Source: Methanobacteriota archaeon (GTDB lineage: Archaea; Thermoplasmatota; Poseidoniia; Poseidoniales; Thalassarchaeaceae). From it: a stretch of 59,460 bases of DNA. Made by a program: the position numbers and the translations under genes. The stretch lies in NCBI GenBank assembly GCA_019654055.1, contig BPDA01000005.1, forward strand, positions 1-59,460, written 5' to 3'. Below are positions 35,401 through 46,059 of the stretch, piece after piece; within the stretch, counting starts at the first letter, position 1; every line of letters starts with the position of its first letter. The notes below the pieces were generated by a model. It was given only the letters and a program-made list of their open reading frames with translations, was not told where the DNA came from and did no database searches.

Positions 35401-36551
35401 CTCATCTGAGCCTTGCAGATGTAGGCGGCTATGCATCCGGAGGTAAGATCCAGATTTGAGAACCCGAAGGCTCCTTGGGCACTGTCGAGAGAGACCGCCG
35501 CGCTGAAGTTGGCGAATATCTCGCTCATCGTGGTGCCAATGGCGGTCGCACCCGTCTCCGGATTCTGAGCGAGATTCTCCACTGCATCCCCCCCGGTAGC
35601 GGTGTCGGCGACTAGCCTCTGAATCGCTGCCCCTCCGCCGAGCTTGTCTGCGAGGTACATCAGGAACATGAATCCGGCACCATAGTCGGCGATTCTGCCG
35701 TTCCACCACCTGACGCTGAGGCTGCTGTCCTCCGACCACGAGTTGGCGTGCCCGGTCAGGGTGCTGGTGACGCCGAAGCACAGGTATGCCGCCATGTCCG
35801 CCGCACCTTCGTCAATCCACAGGTACTCGTACGGGTCTCTCGAGTTGTGCAGCAGATGCTCAAACTCGTGAGCGAGGATGGTGTTCCTCCAACTCATGTC
35901 ATCGACGTCCACGAAGACCGATTCCCTGACTGAGGAGATTCCCGGTGAGAAGTATCCACCAGTCCCTCCCGCGCCGTCAATCGAGATCAGGACAATCTCA
36001 ATCTGGCAGTTGTCGTCGAGGTCCGGCGGACTGCCGAAGTAGGTCGTGACCGTCGGGTAGATTGTCGATTCCCATGTCGAGGCGATGTCGTTGAGGGTGG
36101 TCGAGGGGATTATTTGGCCATTTTCGACCAGTATCGCGGAGTTGGCCGAGGTCTTCTGTACAGTGACGGATACGGTGCCTCCGGCCGTGGATATGTTGCC
36201 TGTATCGCCCTGACTCCACTCATTGGTGCAGGAACGGGTAGTGGATTTCGAATTCAGGTAGCCAGAAGAGAACGGCAGCACCAACCCGGGATAGCCAGCT
36301 TCCCTCCATTCCATCTTGAGGTGGCCGGTGGCCGAGAACACTGGTTCGGAATCGTTTGTGAACATGTACCGCTTGCCCTCAATAGAGGGGTCGAACTCCG
36401 ATAGGTCGCCTGACATGACCTCTACCGCGGACGCATCGGAATCCGGCTCAGCCATAGCCAGTGGGGACAGGCTGGCGAACAGCATCGTCAGGACCAGCAT
36501 GACAGAAGCCCTGCGCGACCCGGTCGAATTGATTGCAGACACGTTCAACAC
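32437..36551 (-). CDS. Large surface protein: HExxH metallopeptidase (M30/M6-like) + multiple PKD domains + TM anchor (frameshift near 33100)
   Basis: Signal peptide, ILAHEFEHLLH...WIDEG, repeated W(D)xGD PKD motifs, DxDxDG Ca-binding motifs, C-terminal TM helix in ORF 32437..33075. Confidence 0.8.
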
Positions 36552-36600
36552 TCCGTGTTGTTTTCAGCCTCAATCCGCTCAAAGACCTATTTTAACATCG

Positions 36601-37611
36601 ATGGAGCAACGTTCGTACGTGCCTCGTAGCGGCCCGGCCCGTGTTGCGTTCTTCGCAGTGCTGCTCACAGCCCTCGTATGCAGTCACCCGGCGGCTGCCC
36701 AAGATCAGTCGGAAACGGTTGATCTGATTCTGATTTCCTCGCACCAGCATGATTCGCAAGCATTCACCCAGGGGCTTGAGATGCACAATGGCTCACTCTA
36801 CGAGAGCACCGGGTTGTACGGGAACTCCAGTCTCAGGGAGGTGGACCCCACAACTGGAGAGGTGGTCCGACAGGTCGATCTCGACGAGTCGATTTTCGCA
36901 GAGGGTATCACAGTAGTGGGAGAGACCATCGTGATGCTGACATGGAAGGAGGGATTGGCGCTGGTTTTCGACATCGAGTCCCTCGACGTCGTCTCCAACC
37001 ACACCTACTCGGGGGAAGGCTGGGGGCTTTGCTACGACGGCACCCACTTGGTGATGTCCAACGGGACCTCAGAGCTGGCATTCAGAGACCCCGACGACTT
37101 CTCCTTAGTATCGACCCTGCAGGTTACCGACCAACTTGGCGAGGTGGGTCTGCTGAACGAGCTCGAGTGCGTGGGGGACAGGGTGTACGCGAACGTCTGG
37201 GGCAGCGACTCGATTATCGCCATAGACAAGGCCACCGGTGAGGTGAGCCTGACCATCGACGCCTCGATTCTAGCAGAAAACGAGTCAGACGGGTACAACG
37301 ACGTGATGAACGGAATCGCCTACGTCCCGGAGCAGAATGCCTTCCTCATCACAGGCAAGAACTGGACCTCCATGCACCTCGTGGCTTTCGGAGCCACTCA
37401 GGCCCCCCAACAGGAGTCCTCGGAATCAATCCCCCTGTCCATCCTGAAGTCGATTTGGCCCGTGCTGCTGATTGCCGTCATGGTAGTATTCCTGAGTTCG
37501 ATGCGCCTTCTGAGCGCGATTATGCAGTTCCTGATGATGTTGCTGTTCAAGCGGCAGGCTGAACAGCCGCCGCTGCCCAGCGAGGGGGAGCAAGGGGCGG
37601 GTGATGGGTAG
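36601..37611 (+). CDS. Glutaminyl-peptide cyclotransferase (beta-propeller type) with C-terminal TM helix
   Basis: AFTQGL, LYESTGLYG, FAEGI, LTWK, EGWGL, LNELE, YANVW, VMNGIAY, TGKNW. Confidence 0.92.
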   Translation: MEQRSYVPRSGPARVAFFAVLLTALVCSHPAAAQDQSETVDLILISSHQHDSQAFTQGLEMHNGSLYESTGLYGNSSLREVDPTTGEVVRQVDLDESIFAEGITVVGETIVMLTWKEGLALVFDIESLDVVSNHTYSGEGWGLCYDGTHLVMSNGTSELAFRDPDDFSLVSTLQVTDQLGEVGLLNELECVGDRVYANVWGSDSIIAIDKATGEVSLTIDASILAENESDGYNDVMNGIAYVPEQNAFLITGKNWTSMHLVAFGATQAPQQESSESIPLSILKSIWPVLLIAVMVVFLSSMRLLSAIMQFLMMLLFKRQAEQPPLPSEGEQGAGDG

Positions 37612-38362
37612 TGAGCGAGGCGGACGACGACGAGTTCGACAATAACAGTGCGATGGAACTGTGGCTTCACGACCTCTCAGTTGACTCAGCCACTAGAGTG
37701 GCTGGCGCACTGATGATTTTCGTCGGCAGCCTTCTTGGAGTCCTTCTCGGGATAGCCCTCATCTCGACGAATGTCGGTGAGATTCTCGCTGGACAGTTGG
37801 ATGGCTCGGATGGCGTTGCGAATGTCGATGGAATCGTCAGCACGGCTCTGGAAAGGACAGCACCACAGGAGGCGAGCCTGCAGAGGGTGTAAGAGTAGGT
37901 ATACTCGATTCTGACGAGCTCGAGATTGGTCACGACTTCACTGACTCGGGAGGGCGCTTCTCGATAGACGACGTTCCCAGACGGTCGTCCACGCTGCTGG
38001 TCGAGCATCCCGGAAACCGAACCGTCAGAATCACTCTGGTCCCTGGGGACCACGCCCAGATCTCAGTCACCCTGACTCCCGGGGAGGGGTTCGACGAGTA
38101 CGACATGTCTGGTGAGAGCCACCTCGGCGAGTCCGTCCTAATCGCCTCGACCATTGCGGCGCTGACTCTGCTGGCCGGGTTGGCCGGCATGGTAGGGGGC
38201 CTCGAGGCATACCGGGGCGACCGCTACCGACGGACATGGTGGCTGTCGTTCTTCGGGCTGTGGAGCCGTGGCATGCTGTTCATCGGCCCCATGTTCATAT
38301 TGCTGGGGATGGGGATGACTCATCTGGCCAGAGACCAGTTCACCGACTACACAGAGGATTGA
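37611..38362 (+). CDS. Hypothetical membrane protein (frameshifted)
   Basis: N-terminal TM ORF 37611..37892 and C-terminal TM ORF 38105..38362 flank a beta-rich segment. Co-oriented between the QC gene and tmk. Confidence 0.5.
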
Positions 38363-38374
38363 CGAGGTTTTCCC

Positions 38375-39715
38375 GTGTACCTGATTACCGTCGAAGGAGG
38401 TGATGGGAGCGGCAAAGGTCTCGCCACCAAGGTCATCTCGGATGTTCTGGAGAGGGAGTTTTCGTTCACCTCCGTTGAGATTACAGGGGAGCCGCGCAGG
38501 GAGCACCCGCTCGGCCGGCTCGCCATAGAGTCGGTGCGCAAGCAAACCATGACTCCCGAGCAGGAGGCCGGGCTCTTCGCGGCCGACAGGGTGGATCACT
38601 CCCATGGTTGGATACTCCCCCGTCTGGAGGAAGGCAGGGCAGTGGTCAGCGAGAGAAATATCCACTCCTCCTTGGTGTACCAAGGCATAGTTGGCGGACT
38701 GGGCGTCGATAGGGTCGCGCACATGAACTCGGCCGCCCTAGTCCCCGACCTATGCGTCTGGGTGGACTGCGACCCCGAGGTGGCGTTGAGGAGGATTAAG
38801 GGAGGCACGCTCAGGGCACTGACCGAAAAGGAAGAGTACTTCGAGACTTCCGAATTGCAACTGAGAATCAGGGAGGGCTACACATCACTGCTCTCAGGGA
38901 GGGAGGAGATGCCGACTCCGTTCGACATGGGCGCGGTGATAGGGCCTATCCTGAATGAGGGCACGGAGGGGGACTTCCGACGCGAATTGACCCGTAGAAT
39001 CAGGAAGTTCGTGCACTCGAGGCCAGAGCCGCTGAACGTGGGAATCGAAGTCGTAGAAAGGCACTTCCTGCGCAGGCTGATGATGGCCTCGAAGGGGCAG
39101 ACCACGCTCTCCGGAATCGGGATGGCGCCTGCCAACGAGGGTTCTGGCCGGCTCGACGGCTCGCCACCGTGGCGAATTCTCAGGGACGCCCAATCAGAGC
39201 ATGAGGTCGCGCTGACAGGCGTGGGAGAAGAGACTAGAGTCGATGTGCCCATCAGCATCCTATCCCACTCCATGTCTTCGATTTGCGGGACCCTGTCGCT
39301 GCTGCCAACAGCCGACGTATCCGAGCTCCGCCAGGCCCTAGGCCCGGTGAGGGCAGTGTCGGAACGCCACACCCAGAGGATAGTCAAGTTCCTCCACGAG
39401 CACACCGATTGGGTGCACAAGCACAAGGCCCTCGTCGGAGGAGATGCCCCAAGGTCCCAATTGAAGCAGGGGTATCGCGCGCTCGGGACGACCCTCCTCA
39501 CGATATGGCCACTCAGGGACGCCATCAGACGTTGGGCCTCTGACAACCAGGATACTCATCTCAGGTTCGCGATGGGACAGATTGTCAGGTCCGGCGAGCA
39601 CCCCTCGGCGGTGAGGGACACCCTAGAGAGAATCGCCTTGCTGGGCTCGGGCAATGCCGACTCCCCGCTACCCTCAGGAGCCAGCGGCCTGGTTTCATGG
39701 TGGCAGGGCAAGTAG
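38375..39715 (+). CDS. tmk: Thymidylate kinase with long C-terminal extension
   Basis: ITVEGGDGSGK, GEP, LFAADRVDH, VVSERNIHSSLVYQG, PDL. Length 446 aa versus about 210 for a typical Tmk. Confidence 0.88.
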   Translation: MYLITVEGGDGSGKGLATKVISDVLEREFSFTSVEITGEPRREHPLGRLAIESVRKQTMTPEQEAGLFAADRVDHSHGWILPRLEEGRAVVSERNIHSSLVYQGIVGGLGVDRVAHMNSAALVPDLCVWVDCDPEVALRRIKGGTLRALTEKEEYFETSELQLRIREGYTSLLSGREEMPTPFDMGAVIGPILNEGTEGDFRRELTRRIRKFVHSRPEPLNVGIEVVERHFLRRLMMASKGQTTLSGIGMAPANEGSGRLDGSPPWRILRDAQSEHEVALTGVGEETRVDVPISILSHSMSSICGTLSLLPTADVSELRQALGPVRAVSERHTQRIVKFLHEHTDWVHKHKALVGGDAPRSQLKQGYRALGTTLLTIWPLRDAIRRWASDNQDTHLRFAMGQIVRSGEHPSAVRDTLERIALLGSGNADSPLPSGASGLVSWWQGK

Positions 39716-39718
39716 GAC

Positions 39719-40474
39719 TCACTTCAGCGTCAGCCTTGCGTCCGCTGGCAGCAGGACCGAGGCAGGATCGTCCCCGAAGTACTTCGTCCTAGCACACAAG
39801 GCCGAGCAGAACCACCACCCCATCACCACCCCCGCCGCGATTCCAGTCAAGATTCTCAGTGGATTGTTCGACTCGTAGTCAGTCAGCATCTGGGTGAAGC
39901 CGTCTACCGCCATCGGCCCGAGTCCGATGCCTATCACGACAAGCATTGCAAACATCCTCCTATCTGCTAGGTAAATCGACTCAAGAGCGTGGTCAGGGAA
40001 GACCGAGAGGAAACTATCGCGAATGGTCCATCGGTTCAGTCCACGCCAACCGAAAAGCAACGCCCCCGCGAACAGCCCTAGGAATATCCCGATGTCCCTA
40101 GTGCATACCGGCATCTGGTTGCCGTTGATCTCCCATGACCTCTCGTGCTTCTGATGGCAGTTCAGATCCCCAAAGCCGTAGACAAAGGCCCAGACCGGGT
40201 TGAGTTCGGTCCAGGCGAAAGTGCCCCCGTGAGCCGATTGGTCGTGACCGACGGGAGAATCCTCGCCGTGGTCCTGGTTGCCCCAGCTGCCTTCGGTTGC
40301 GTAGTCCATGGCGTTGGCCCTGCCGGACAACTCAGGGACGCTGCCCTCCGGCATCATCGCGGGGGCGATGAAGCACAGCAGCAGATACCCTCCGGCTATT
40401 GCTGCCACCGTTTTGCATACGCCGACCTCCCTAGTCCTGTCATTCAGCCCATTCGCAAGAGAAGCCACACCCAT
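39719..40474 (-). CDS. DUF2085 domain membrane protein
   Basis: LNCHQKHERSW..NGNQMPVCTRDIGI, PMAVDGFTQ, YESNNPLRILTG. Confidence 0.85.
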   Translation of the reverse strand: MGVASLANGLNDRTREVGVCKTVAAIAGGYLLLCFIAPAMMPEGSVPELSGRANAMDYATEGSWGNQDHGEDSPVGHDQSAHGGTFAWTELNPVWAFVYGFGDLNCHQKHERSWEINGNQMPVCTRDIGIFLGLFAGALLFGWRGLNRWTIRDSFLSVFPDHALESIYLADRRMFAMLVVIGIGLGPMAVDGFTQMLTDYESNNPLRILTGIAAGVVMGWWFCSALCARTKYFGDDPASVLLPADARLTLK

Positions 40475-40561
40475 AGCAGATGGTGCATACTGATGAACTA
40501 TGCTGTATGCCCCGTCTCAACCCCCTAGTACCCTCTTTAGCCCGCACTCGCTGCGCCCATC

Positions 40562-41344
40562 ATGGGCGACCTGAACTACCGCGACGCCGCATGGCTCGGT
40601 ATCGTGGTCGGCTCCATGGTCGCCGTTATGGCGACGTTCATCGCTATCTTCCTCAGTGGGCTGGACGACCCCGAGGTGGTCGGCTCCGTGCGCTCCGGCA
40701 TCGTGGCCGGCCTCGCGGCAGCTGTGGTCGTCACCACCTTCGCGTACTACAGGCTGCGAGAGACATCTCGGTCCGGCAGGGACCTCGGTGCAATCAGAGA
40801 GGAAGAGGTCAAGAGAGTGAGGGCAATACTTGCTCAGATAGGAGAAAGAGATTCAGTTTGGGCCACTCAGTCTTGGCTGGTTGAGGAGAAGGTTAGGAGA
40901 GACAGAGGGGTCTTGGTGGTCGATCTGCACGGGCTCGATGCAGCCTCCGCGGCTGCTCTGGCTGACAGGCTGCTTGAGCGCAGGTCGGACTTAGGTCGGC
41001 TGAAGCTGATTACGGGCAGAGGGGAGGACACTCGTCCCGGGTCGGCGGACCCCGGTATCCGGCCCGCCGTTTTGCAGCGGCTGAAGGTAGGGGCCCCCGG
41101 TGCCGAGTGGCAGGTCATACAGAAGTCGAGCTCCGTCACCCTCAGACCGATGGGCAGGGCGCCCACCCCTAGGCAGTGGCTAGGCAGATTCGCGGTTTTC
41201 GTCATCCCGATGACAGGCTCCATGACACTCGCATTCAGAGATTTAGCAGGCCCCGGTATGGAGGAGCAGGGCATGACCTTCGGGGCAGCCGCCGGACTGC
41301 TGATGACCGTGCTCCTGTCTGGTTACAGGGATCGCTCGGCCTAG
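40562..41344 (+). CDS. Membrane protein containing an Smr (small MutS-related) domain
   Basis: Two N-terminal TM helices, VDLHGL...LKLITGRG...IRPAVLQRL, then two C-terminal TM helices. Confidence 0.75.
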   Translation: MGDLNYRDAAWLGIVVGSMVAVMATFIAIFLSGLDDPEVVGSVRSGIVAGLAAAVVVTTFAYYRLRETSRSGRDLGAIREEEVKRVRAILAQIGERDSVWATQSWLVEEKVRRDRGVLVVDLHGLDAASAAALADRLLERRSDLGRLKLITGRGEDTRPGSADPGIRPAVLQRLKVGAPGAEWQVIQKSSSVTLRPMGRAPTPRQWLGRFAVFVIPMTGSMTLAFRDLAGPGMEEQGMTFGAAAGLLMTVLLSGYRDRSA

Positions 41345-41481
41345 GTGTAGTCAGGAACTCCCTCGCAGCACGCCTCGACCACTCTGTAGCATCTGGGACA
41401 CTCCATGTGCTGGCGCATCGGCACCGCCCTGCCCTTGAAACCGCATTGGCACGATATGTCATCGCAGTGGTCCACGTCCAC
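41341..41481 (-). CDS. 46-aa Cys-rich (zinc-finger-like) microprotein, absent from the ORF track
   Basis: Manual translation: MDVDHCDDISCQCGFKGRAVPMRQHMECPRCYRVVEACCEGVPDYT*. Fills the gap between sufD and the Smr gene. Confidence 0.65.
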   Translation of the reverse strand: MDVDHCDDISCQCGFKGRAVPMRQHMECPRCYRVVEACCEGVPDYT

Positions 41482-41521
41482 GCGCCACGCTTCATAGCGC
41501 GGCTAAAATCCATTGCTGTTC

Positions 41522-42643
41522 TTAGGCGTCCAATTCTCTCAACTCAGAGTTTAGCAGCCCGACCAACCAGTCGTGTAGTGACTCGCTACCCATCTCAGAG
41601 AGAGTCGAGTTGAGGAATGCCGCGATGAGGGCACCTCTGGCCTCGGATGGCTCTAAGCCCCGCGACTCCAGATAGAAAACCTGATCCTCGTCAATCGGCC
41701 CATTTGCAGTCCCGTGCCCGCAACCGACGACCTCGTGTTCGAGGACCTCAAGCTCTGGAATTGAATCCGCTTCTGCGTCTTTCGAAAGAAGCAGGTTGTG
41801 GAACAGTTGCGAGGCATCTGCCCCTGTCGAGCCGTCGGCTACCCTCAGCATGCCGGTCCCGATTGTCCTGCTGTCGCCATCGCAAGCAGAGTGCCAGGAC
41901 AGGCGACTGAAGGTCTCCGGGGCATCGTGGTGGATTTCCACGTGGTGGTCGAGGTGCATTGAGCCGGCAGAGAGGATTGAGCCTAGGACCCTCAGGTTCC
42001 CACCGGTCTCAGCCATCCTGTAGCGAAGGTCCGCCTTGGTCCTATCCGACCCCGAAGACACGGTGCCAGCCCTTACCTGCGCATCCCTGCCCACGTTGAT
42101 CGAATCCACCCTCAGTAGAGTTCCTTTGTCCAGCAGGCTGACTACGACGTCATTGAGCGAGCTCCCATCTCCGACGCCCCCGGTCCTGAGCATCCCGAAC
42201 CACTCGCCCGAGCCCCTGACCCTTGTCACCAGCTCTAACTCAGAGAGTCTCCCCACATCGAGGCATAGGTGTAGCACGGAAGCCGAATCGCCGACGTCGA
42301 CGTCGAGAATAACCGGATGCTCGGAGGAGAATCCCGACTCGACACTCAGAGTCCAACTCGAGCCGGCCGCCACCGCCCTGAGGAAGCTGCCAGTCAATGC
42401 GTCTGACCCTGGCATGATCGTATCGGAAACAATCCCCTGCTGGATTCTGATTCCATCAGGCGCGGGACCACCATCGAAACCGATTAGCCCGACCACGGGC
42501 GAATCCATCTCGGGGATTCCCGAGACGTCCCCAGTGGGATGGACCCTGCGCCAGGGGGTGTAGCGCCAGAGGTGGTTGGACCTGCCGGGCTCATCCAGCG
42601 ATTGGTACTCCGTGGCAGGGTCCATGATACCAGCCTCAGCCAA
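41522..42643 (-). CDS. sufD: Fe-S cluster assembly protein SufD
   Basis: [32 protein letters not shown]. Confidence 0.88.
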   Translation of the reverse strand: MAEAGIMDPATEYQSLDEPGRSNHLWRYTPWRRVHPTGDVSGIPEMDSPVVGLIGFDGGPAPDGIRIQQGIVSDTIMPGSDALTGSFLRAVAAGSSWTLSVESGFSSEHPVILDVDVGDSASVLHLCLDVGRLSELELVTRVRGSGEWFGMLRTGGVGDGSSLNDVVVSLLDKGTLLRVDSINVGRDAQVRAGTVSSGSDRTKADLRYRMAETGGNLRVLGSILSAGSMHLDHHVEIHHDAPETFSRLSWHSACDGDSRTIGTGMLRVADGSTGADASQLFHNLLLSKDAEADSIPELEVLEHEVVGCGHGTANGPIDEDQVFYLESRGLEPSEARGALIAAFLNSTLSEMGSESLHDWLVGLLNSELRELDA

Positions 42644-44048
42644 TGCTGCCTTCCATCTCCAGCGCCATTAGCTGGTTCAGTTCGACGGCGTACTCCATAG
42701 GCAATTCGCGCGTGAACGGCTCAAAGAACCCGTTCACTATCATGGCTAGCGCCTCCTCCTCCGAGTGACCCCGACTCATCAAGTAGAACAGTTGGTTGTC
42801 ACTAACCTTGGATACGCTGGCCTCGTGCTCACAACGCGCAGTAGGGTTGGCCACCTCCATAGTAGGATATGTGTCCGAGCGACTGCCCTCGTCGAGGATG
42901 AGGGCGTCGCACACAACGTTGAGCTTGCAGTTCTCCGCCTTCGGGGACACCTTGACGAGACCTCGATAGGAGCCTCTGCCGCCGTTCTTGCTGATGCTCT
43001 TGGAGAGAATCTTGCTGGTGGTGTTTGAGGCGAGGTGATGAATCTTGGCACCGGCGTCCTGATGCTGCCCCTCACCTGAGTAGGCCACCGAGATGACCTC
43101 GGCGTGAGAGCCTTCTCCCTTGAGGATGACAGAAGGATACTTCATCGTCAACTTGCTGCCGAGGTTGCCGTCCACCCATTCTATCTTGGAGTTCTCATGG
43201 GCGATGCCCCTCTTGGTGACTAGGTTGTACACGTTGGCACTCCAGTTCTGCACGGTCGAGTAGCGGATGTGCGCTCCGGGGAGGGCTATGAGCTCGACCA
43301 CAGCCGAGTGCAGGGAGTCGGTAGAATAGGTGGGGGCGGTACAGCCTTCGACGTAGTGGATGCTACTGCCCTCGTCGGCGATAATCAGCGTGCGCTCGAA
43401 CTGCCCCATGTTCTTGGCGTTGATGCGGAAGTAGGCCTGGACCGGCATCTCCACGTGCACCCCCTTGGGCACGTAGATGAACGAGCCGCCCGACCAGACC
43501 GCGGTGTTAAGCGCGGCGAACTTGTTGTCTGTGAGAGGGACCACGGAGCAGAACCAATCTCTGACTATCTCCGGGTGCTCACGCAGCCCACTGTCCATGT
43601 CGAGGAAGATGACGCCCTGCTTCTCCAGATCCTCGCGTATGCTATGGTATACTGCTTCCGACTCGTACTGTGCTGTCACTCCTGAAAGCCACTTCTGTTC
43701 GGCCTCAGGTATGCCCAGTTTGTCGAAGGTGTTTCGAATGTCTTCAGGAACATCATCCCAGTCATCCTCCGTGCCTTCACCTGAGCGTAGAAAGTAGCAT
43801 ATGTTGTCGAAATCTATCTCCCCTAGCAGGGGGGTGTTGCCCCAAGTCGGCATGGGGCGCTCGACGAAGTGCCTGTACGCCTTGACGCGTATGTCAGTCA
43901 TCCACTCGGGCTCGTCCTTGAGTGCCGAAATCTCCCGCACCACCTTTTCGGACAGGCCGAAATCGAATCTGATTGTGGAGTTCTCGGGGTCGTGCCAGCC
44001 GGACTTGTAGTCGCCGACCACATCCATGGCCTCTTGATTGGCAGGCAT
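42636..44048 (-). CDS. sufB: Fe-S cluster assembly protein SufB
   Basis: [49 protein letters not shown]. Confidence 0.97.
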   Translation of the reverse strand: MPANQEAMDVVGDYKSGWHDPENSTIRFDFGLSEKVVREISALKDEPEWMTDIRVKAYRHFVERPMPTWGNTPLLGEIDFDNICYFLRSGEGTEDDWDDVPEDIRNTFDKLGIPEAEQKWLSGVTAQYESEAVYHSIREDLEKQGVIFLDMDSGLREHPEIVRDWFCSVVPLTDNKFAALNTAVWSGGSFIYVPKGVHVEMPVQAYFRINAKNMGQFERTLIIADEGSSIHYVEGCTAPTYSTDSLHSAVVELIALPGAHIRYSTVQNWSANVYNLVTKRGIAHENSKIEWVDGNLGSKLTMKYPSVILKGEGSHAEVISVAYSGEGQHQDAGAKIHHLASNTTSKILSKSISKNGGRGSYRGLVKVSPKAENCKLNVVCDALILDEGSRSDTYPTMEVANPTARCEHEASVSKVSDNQLFYLMSRGHSEEEALAMIVNGFFEPFTRELPMEYAVELNQLMALEMEGSIG

Positions 44049-44836
44049 CAGGCAACGCCCTCCGCCTCGGCCCTCTCCTCGATCCAGTCGTAGCCGTTGT
44101 CCTCCAGTTCGGTGGCCAGCTCGGGCCCTCCTGATATGACTATCCTCCCATCAATCAGGACATGCACCTTGTCTGGTTTGACATGCTCCAGTATTCGTGA
44201 GTAGTGAGTGATAATCAGCGCGGCTGACTCGGTCCCTCTGACCGCTGCGTTGACGCCTGCGGCCACTGTCTTGATTCCATCTATGTCAAGGCCGCTGTCC
44301 GTTTCGTCCAATATGGCCAGTCGGGGCTTGAGCAGTAGTAGCTGAAGTATCTCGAAACGCTTCTTCTCGCCCCCGCTGAACCCGTCGTTGACGTATCTCG
44401 AGAGGAAGCTGCGGGGAATGTTGAGTGTGTCCATGGCATCGTTCAACTCGTTCCTGAAGTCCGCGCCCTTGGCGGCCTCCTCTCCTCGTATGCTAGCGAC
44501 AGACTTCCTGAGAAAGTTCCCCACTTGCAGCCCCGGTACGGCCTGAGGGTATTGGAAGGACAGGAACACTCCCTCGCGCGCCCTCTCCCAGGTCTCCAGC
44601 TCCAACAAATCCTCTCCCGAGAGCATGACTCGGCCTGACTCGACCTCAAAATCCGGATGGCCCATGATGATGTTAGCAGCGGTGGTCTTGCCGCTACCGT
44701 TCCGCCCCATGATGGCGTGGATTTCGCCTGGATCTATGCTGAGGTCGATCCCCTTCAGTATCTGCTTGTCTTCGATTCCAGCACGCAAATCGCTAATCTC
44801 CAACAGAGCTCCTCCGCTGGACTCACCGTGTGCCAT
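44048..44836 (-). CDS. sufC: Fe-S cluster assembly ATPase SufC
   Basis: [38 protein letters not shown]. Confidence 0.97.
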   Translation of the reverse strand: MAHGESSGGALLEISDLRAGIEDKQILKGIDLSIDPGEIHAIMGRNGSGKTTAANIIMGHPDFEVESGRVMLSGEDLLELETWERAREGVFLSFQYPQAVPGLQVGNFLRKSVASIRGEEAAKGADFRNELNDAMDTLNIPRSFLSRYVNDGFSGGEKKRFEILQLLLLKPRLAILDETDSGLDIDGIKTVAAGVNAAVRGTESAALIITHYSRILEHVKPDKVHVLIDGRIVISGGPELATELEDNGYDWIEERAEAEGVA

Positions 44837-44919
44837 GTGTATGTGCCCACTCAGGCCCCTTTTGAATGTCTGCTTTGGTTTTAGGTCACCCTAAAATCCC
44901 AGCCCCTCTACGGGCCTCC

Positions 44920-45417
44920 ATGGTGGATGGCGCAGACCCCACTTCTCCGACCTCTGACAATCTGGAGGAGACCTATCGCGCCCAGATAACCGCGGCGATG
45001 GAAAAGGAGGCACAGAGGAGAGTCACTGAGTCACACGACCCGGAGGAGATCTCACGTCTGGAGGCGCTATCGCTAGTCGAGTTATTCGAGACGGAGGACG
45101 CCGACTTGATCCCTGCGCTGATGGCACGGCTCGGCCCGGTCAGGGCAGCCTTGGATGGGCACGGCGGTGCCCTAGTCGTCGCACTAGCCACGATTGGGGA
45201 GACAAACAGCCGCCGCAGAGCGCTATCGCTTGTCATCGATCTGGACGGAGCCTGCGTGTCCTGCGGGGCAGCACCAGGCACCCTGAAGGGCATCCAGGAC
45301 GACCTCCTGATGGACTCGGAGATTATCGAGGTGCGCTTCAGCTCGGACATGCTGGAGTGGTTCGACGAGTTGCAGCGCGATTTCGTCCTCAAGCACGGTG
45401 GCGTGGTCTTCGTCTAG
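44920..45417 (+). CDS. NifU/NfuA-like Fe-S carrier domain protein
   Basis: VRAALDGHGG...LDGACVSCG..PGTLKGI (Nfu CxxC). Divergent from sufC. Confidence 0.8.
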   Translation: MVDGADPTSPTSDNLEETYRAQITAAMEKEAQRRVTESHDPEEISRLEALSLVELFETEDADLIPALMARLGPVRAALDGHGGALVVALATIGETNSRRRALSLVIDLDGACVSCGAAPGTLKGIQDDLLMDSEIIEVRFSSDMLEWFDELQRDFVLKHGGVVFV

Positions 45418-46051
45418 CTCAATTCGCCGAGCAGCTCGTCCATGGCCGCAGATGCGAACCCGAGGACTGTAACCTCATGACCCTCGACTAGTGCTGCGTG
45501 GGCGCCAGCCTGTCCGGCTAGGTCGTAGGCCCCTGCCTTGCCGACCCAGGAGTCGCTTAGAATCAGCTCGGCAAGAGCGTCAGCGAGGAGGTCATCGAAC
45601 TCCACGATGGCGGACTCCGTCCAGATGTCAGCACTCCATCCTCCGTGCAGGACCTCAGTGCCCTCTCTGGCTGTTCTAGGTGGCCATAGGACGGCAGTCG
45701 ATGACCAAACTCGATGCCTGCGTCCGGACAGCCTGAGCAGCATGGCAGTGGCAGCGACGACGTCATCCGGCTTACCCATGGCTACGAACGGATCCTCCGG
45801 ATCCTCAACTAGGGTGTCGGCTACGACGACCATATCGTGGTTGGCCCCCGAGATTGCCATTTCGCTCGCCGCCGACTCGGCCTTCGCAATGCAAGTGACC
45901 TCGGTCTGCTGCCCCACGCCCAGCCCTCCGGGAGGTTCGGGCTCGGGTGAGGACAGGCGCGCGACTCCACCTCGCAGTCGCTGCCGTCCAACAGGACACT
46001 CAGCCACAGGTTCCGGCGCTGTGAGGCCGATGCAAGTAGAATCGACGCCAT
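45414..46051 (-). CDS. maf: Maf family nucleoside triphosphate pyrophosphatase (frameshifted)
   Basis: ILLASASQRR, VVADTLV, MGKP, LSGRRHRV, GKAGAY. Confidence 0.85.
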
Positions 46052-46059
46052 CTGGGACC

